A stretch of DNA of 64,000 bases from an uncultured Pseudomonadota bacterium (GTDB lineage: Bacteria > Pseudomonadota > Alphaproteobacteria > JACZXZ01), in the NCBI GenBank assembly GCA_963749075.1, contig CAVVLJ010000017.1, positions 800,001 to 864,000 of the forward strand, in the 5' to 3' direction. Positions within the stretch are counted from its first letter, which is position 1; the number at the start of each line of letters is the position of its first letter. The position numbers and the translations under genes were made by a program. Below, piece after piece: positions 61,470 to 64,000 of the stretch. The notes below the pieces were generated by a model. It saw only the letters and a list, made by a program, of their open reading frames with translations, was not told the DNA's origin and ran no database searches.

Positions 61470-63452
61470 GTAGAGTCGAGGTGTGGCGCGGTGGCTGTAG
61501 GCCGAACATATCTGTTCCCGCCCCTTTCGTCTGGCGGTGCCTCACTGGTTCGACCTTGGCTCCGTTTCCACACCCCGCTCATCGAACCGGACGTGCGGAT
61601 CTCCCGCATCCGGCTCTCGGACAAGACCTCACGCTTTCACCCACGCCACGTCGTGTCCCAGCCGGGTCAGGCGTACGAGCCCGAAGTGCCCGTAGAGGTG
61701 CGGGAGTGGATAGCTCCCGCCCTTGCGCCGCCTGACTTTGTGCTTGGAACGCAACCACCGGCGCAACCGCACAGCCGTGTAGTTGTCGAGCGCCCGGTAC
61801 GCCTTGTTGACGGTGCCTACCTGGAAGTAGTTCGCCCATCCGCGCAACGTGCGGTTCAACTTGCCCACCAGCTCCGTGGTCTCTTGCCAAGTCCCCGATC
61901 GGGCGGTCAGCACGTGGACCTTCTCCACCACGCGCTTGATGCTCTTCTTCGATGGCCGGTGACCCAGGCGTGCCTGGCCGGTCCTCGCTGAATACATCCG
62001 CCCGAACGTGTATCCCAGGAAGTCGAGCTCCCCTTCCGGTACCTTGCAGATTCGTGTCTTCTCCTCGTTGACCGTGAGTTTCAGCCGACTCATGATCTCG
62101 CGCAGTCGTTGCAAGGCCTCCTCGGCTTTGCCCTTCCTGCACAGGATCACGAGATCGTCGGCGTAGGTCACGATGCGCGTGCCGAGACTTCGCTCGAGCC
62201 CGAGCTTCTTCCACCCCAGCACGAACCGGCGCATGTAGAGATTTGCCAGCAATGGTGAGATGGGTGAGCCCTGCGGGATGCCGCGCCGGGTGTCCCGGGC
62301 TTCGGTCGTGCGTGTCTTCCGTCCTCGATCGTCGGTTTCTTCCACGGGGCATTCCAGCCACATCTTGAGCAGATGCAGCACGCGCCGATCGACGATGCGG
62401 CGCGCTACCGACTTCAACAGCTCGGCATGGGGGATGCTCCCGAAGTAGTCCGCGAGATCGGCGTCAACGACTTCCGGATGGCCACGGAACAGCAGCTCTC
62501 CCACCTCGCCTACCGCCTGTTGGGCGTTTCGCCCGGGACGGTAGGCGTATTGCTCCGGTGGAAGGCCGGCTTCGAAGATCGGTTCCAGCACCAGCATCGC
62601 TGCTGTCATGCAGACCCGATCCCGCAAGGTCGAGATGCCCAGCGGCCTGAGCTTGCCGTTGGCCTTCGGGATGAACACTCTTCTGATGGGGTCCGGCCGG
62701 TAAGTCTCCTGCCTGAGTGCAAGCACCAGTTCGCCGAGCCACCGTTGCACCCCGTATGCCTCGATGTCCGCGAAGTCCTGTCCATCCCCTCCCGGAGCGC
62801 CCTTGTTGGAGCGGCACTGGGCATAGGCGTGAGCCAGGATGTCCTCACGGCTGATCTTGTCGTACAGGGCGTAAAAGCGATAGCCGGCTTCTGCCTTCGC
62901 TTTCGCGTGCAACGCCATCTGCAGTTTCTGAACACTCTTCGGAGTTGATAGGTTGCCCAATCTCCAGGTCCCTCACCGCGTATTGCGTCTGTCTTGAACT
63001 GAGGCCCCTTCCCTCCACCGGCGTTACCCGGCTTCAGCGGTACTACGAACCTCTCCGCCACCCCACGGCGCCCGGCCTGTCCCTCGCGGGCGTCCGGTTG
63101 GTCATCCCTGACCACGCCTTGGAGCTTCCCGTGTTGCGTACGCTTTCCTTGTGTACATGCTGCCGCCACTACCCCGGTGCAGCGCCTGGCCGTAGGTTTC
63201 GCTCATTCACCCAGGCGTATCAGCCTTCCCCGAAAGGGTCGTCGGGTTGGCCTGCACATCGTCCTTTTCGAGGCTTGCTCGGCGTTTACTCGCGTTGCGG
63301 CCTGCACACTCGCGCGGTCACCAATTCGTGACCCGCTATCCGAAGGCTTCAGCCATTTCGTTGCCTCCATGACTGCTCCGATTGCTTCCGGCTGGAGCGC
63401 TTGCCGGGTGGGACTTGCACCCACTGGAAAGCGCCGCCTTGTCACGGCGCAC
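61470..63452 (-). mobile_element. Complete group II intron
   Basis: 5' GTGCG at 63452; domain V GAGAGCCGGATGCGGGAGATCCGCACGTCCGGTTCG (~61583-61618); domain VI ending CTCGACTCTAC at 61470. Confidence 0.9.
61629..62960 (-). CDS. ltrA: Group II intron reverse transcriptase/maturase (no endonuclease domain)
   Basis: [33 protein letters not shown], domain X GWANYF. Confidence 0.93.
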   Translation of the reverse strand: MGNLSTPKSVQKLQMALHAKAKAEAGYRFYALYDKISREDILAHAYAQCRSNKGAPGGDGQDFADIEAYGVQRWLGELVLALRQETYRPDPIRRVFIPKANGKLRPLGISTLRDRVCMTAAMLVLEPIFEAGLPPEQYAYRPGRNAQQAVGEVGELLFRGHPEVVDADLADYFGSIPHAELLKSVARRIVDRRVLHLLKMWLECPVEETDDRGRKTRTTEARDTRRGIPQGSPISPLLANLYMRRFVLGWKKLGLERSLGTRIVTYADDLVILCRKGKAEEALQRLREIMSRLKLTVNEEKTRICKVPEGELDFLGYTFGRMYSARTGQARLGHRPSKKSIKRVVEKVHVLTARSGTWQETTELVGKLNRTLRGWANYFQVGTVNKAYRALDNYTAVRLRRWLRSKHKVRRRKGGSYPLPHLYGHFGLVRLTRLGHDVAWVKA

Positions 63453-63742
63453 ACCCTAAGCGGACTCCCCGACCGTCGACATCAGGTTCTTTTAGATGCT
63501 TAGATGGGGGACACGCAGCCGTTTCAATTCGCTCTTCCGGCTGGCCGCGTAGAGCGACAGCTCCAGGAGTTCGAATCGTCCCCGGCGCGTCAAATTCGGA
63601 ATAGCTGCCGCATCCAGGGCTTACCTCAGCCTGCGCGGGATGAAACTGGGCACCCTGCGGGCGCAAGACGCCTATGGTCGTTTAAGCTCGAAAGTGGTTA
63701 GGTAAGGCGTACACTGTCTGCGAGCTCTCGAGGAGGCAAGCC

Positions 63743-64000
63743 GTGGTCGGTGAGCGGGTGGAGCGACGCCTTACAGCCATTCTCGCGGCCGATGTCGCCG
63801 GCTATAGCCGGTTGATGGGCGCCGACGAGGAGGGCACGCTTGCCCAGTTGAAGGCGCATCGGCGCGGCCTCGTCGATCCCAAGATCAGCGAACATCGTGG
63901 GCGGATCGTGAAGACCACCGGCGACGGCATGCTGATCGAGTTTCCCTCCGTCGTCGATGCGGTGCGCTGCGCCGTCGAGGTCCAGGAAGGTATGGCCATC
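63743..64000 (+). CDS. Adenylate/guanylate cyclase domain protein, N-terminal part (runs off the window)
   Basis: GTG after AGGAGG; ERRLTAILAADVAGYSRLMGADEEGT..KTTGDG. Confidence 0.88.
   Translation, partial: MVGERVERRLTAILAADVAGYSRLMGADEEGTLAQLKAHRRGLVDPKISEHRGRIVKTTGDGMLIEFPSVVDAVRCAVEVQEGMAI

Noticed and set aside
61629-62960. RT as a retron, DGR or defence-associated RT
   Set aside because: It has a maturase domain X and lies within canonical group II intron ends and domains V/VI.

Overview
High-GC alphaproteobacterial chromosomal window (Rhodospirillales/Hyphomicrobiales-like by gene content; inference). It is mostly transport and metabolism genes: ABC permeases, an MdtABC-NodT RND pump, four MFS pumps, an N-methylglutamate cluster (glxBCD + glnT/gmaS), sugar-acid enzymes and a Fur-boxed OprB/DyP/cupredoxin/FTR1 iron-uptake locus. 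Accessory segments include an ATP-citrate-lyase-like gene pair between imperfect direct repeats, a caspase-FGE protein, a small RHH + membrane-protein bicistron, and a TPR-CHAT protease / secreted protein / CHASE2-adenylate-cyclase operon with a CRP-type box at -41.5. A complete group II intron (61470-63452, minus strand) sits inside a paired-hairpin repeat whose uninterrupted twin is at 7828-7900; related hairpin pairs mark other accessory-segment borders. There is also an unlisted 23-aa Lys-rich ORF with its own promoter. Four separate frameshifts all fall on GAGTTC (GAGTC plus one T), probably a sequencing artefact at methylated GANTC sites. No rRNA, tRNA or CRISPR array was seen.
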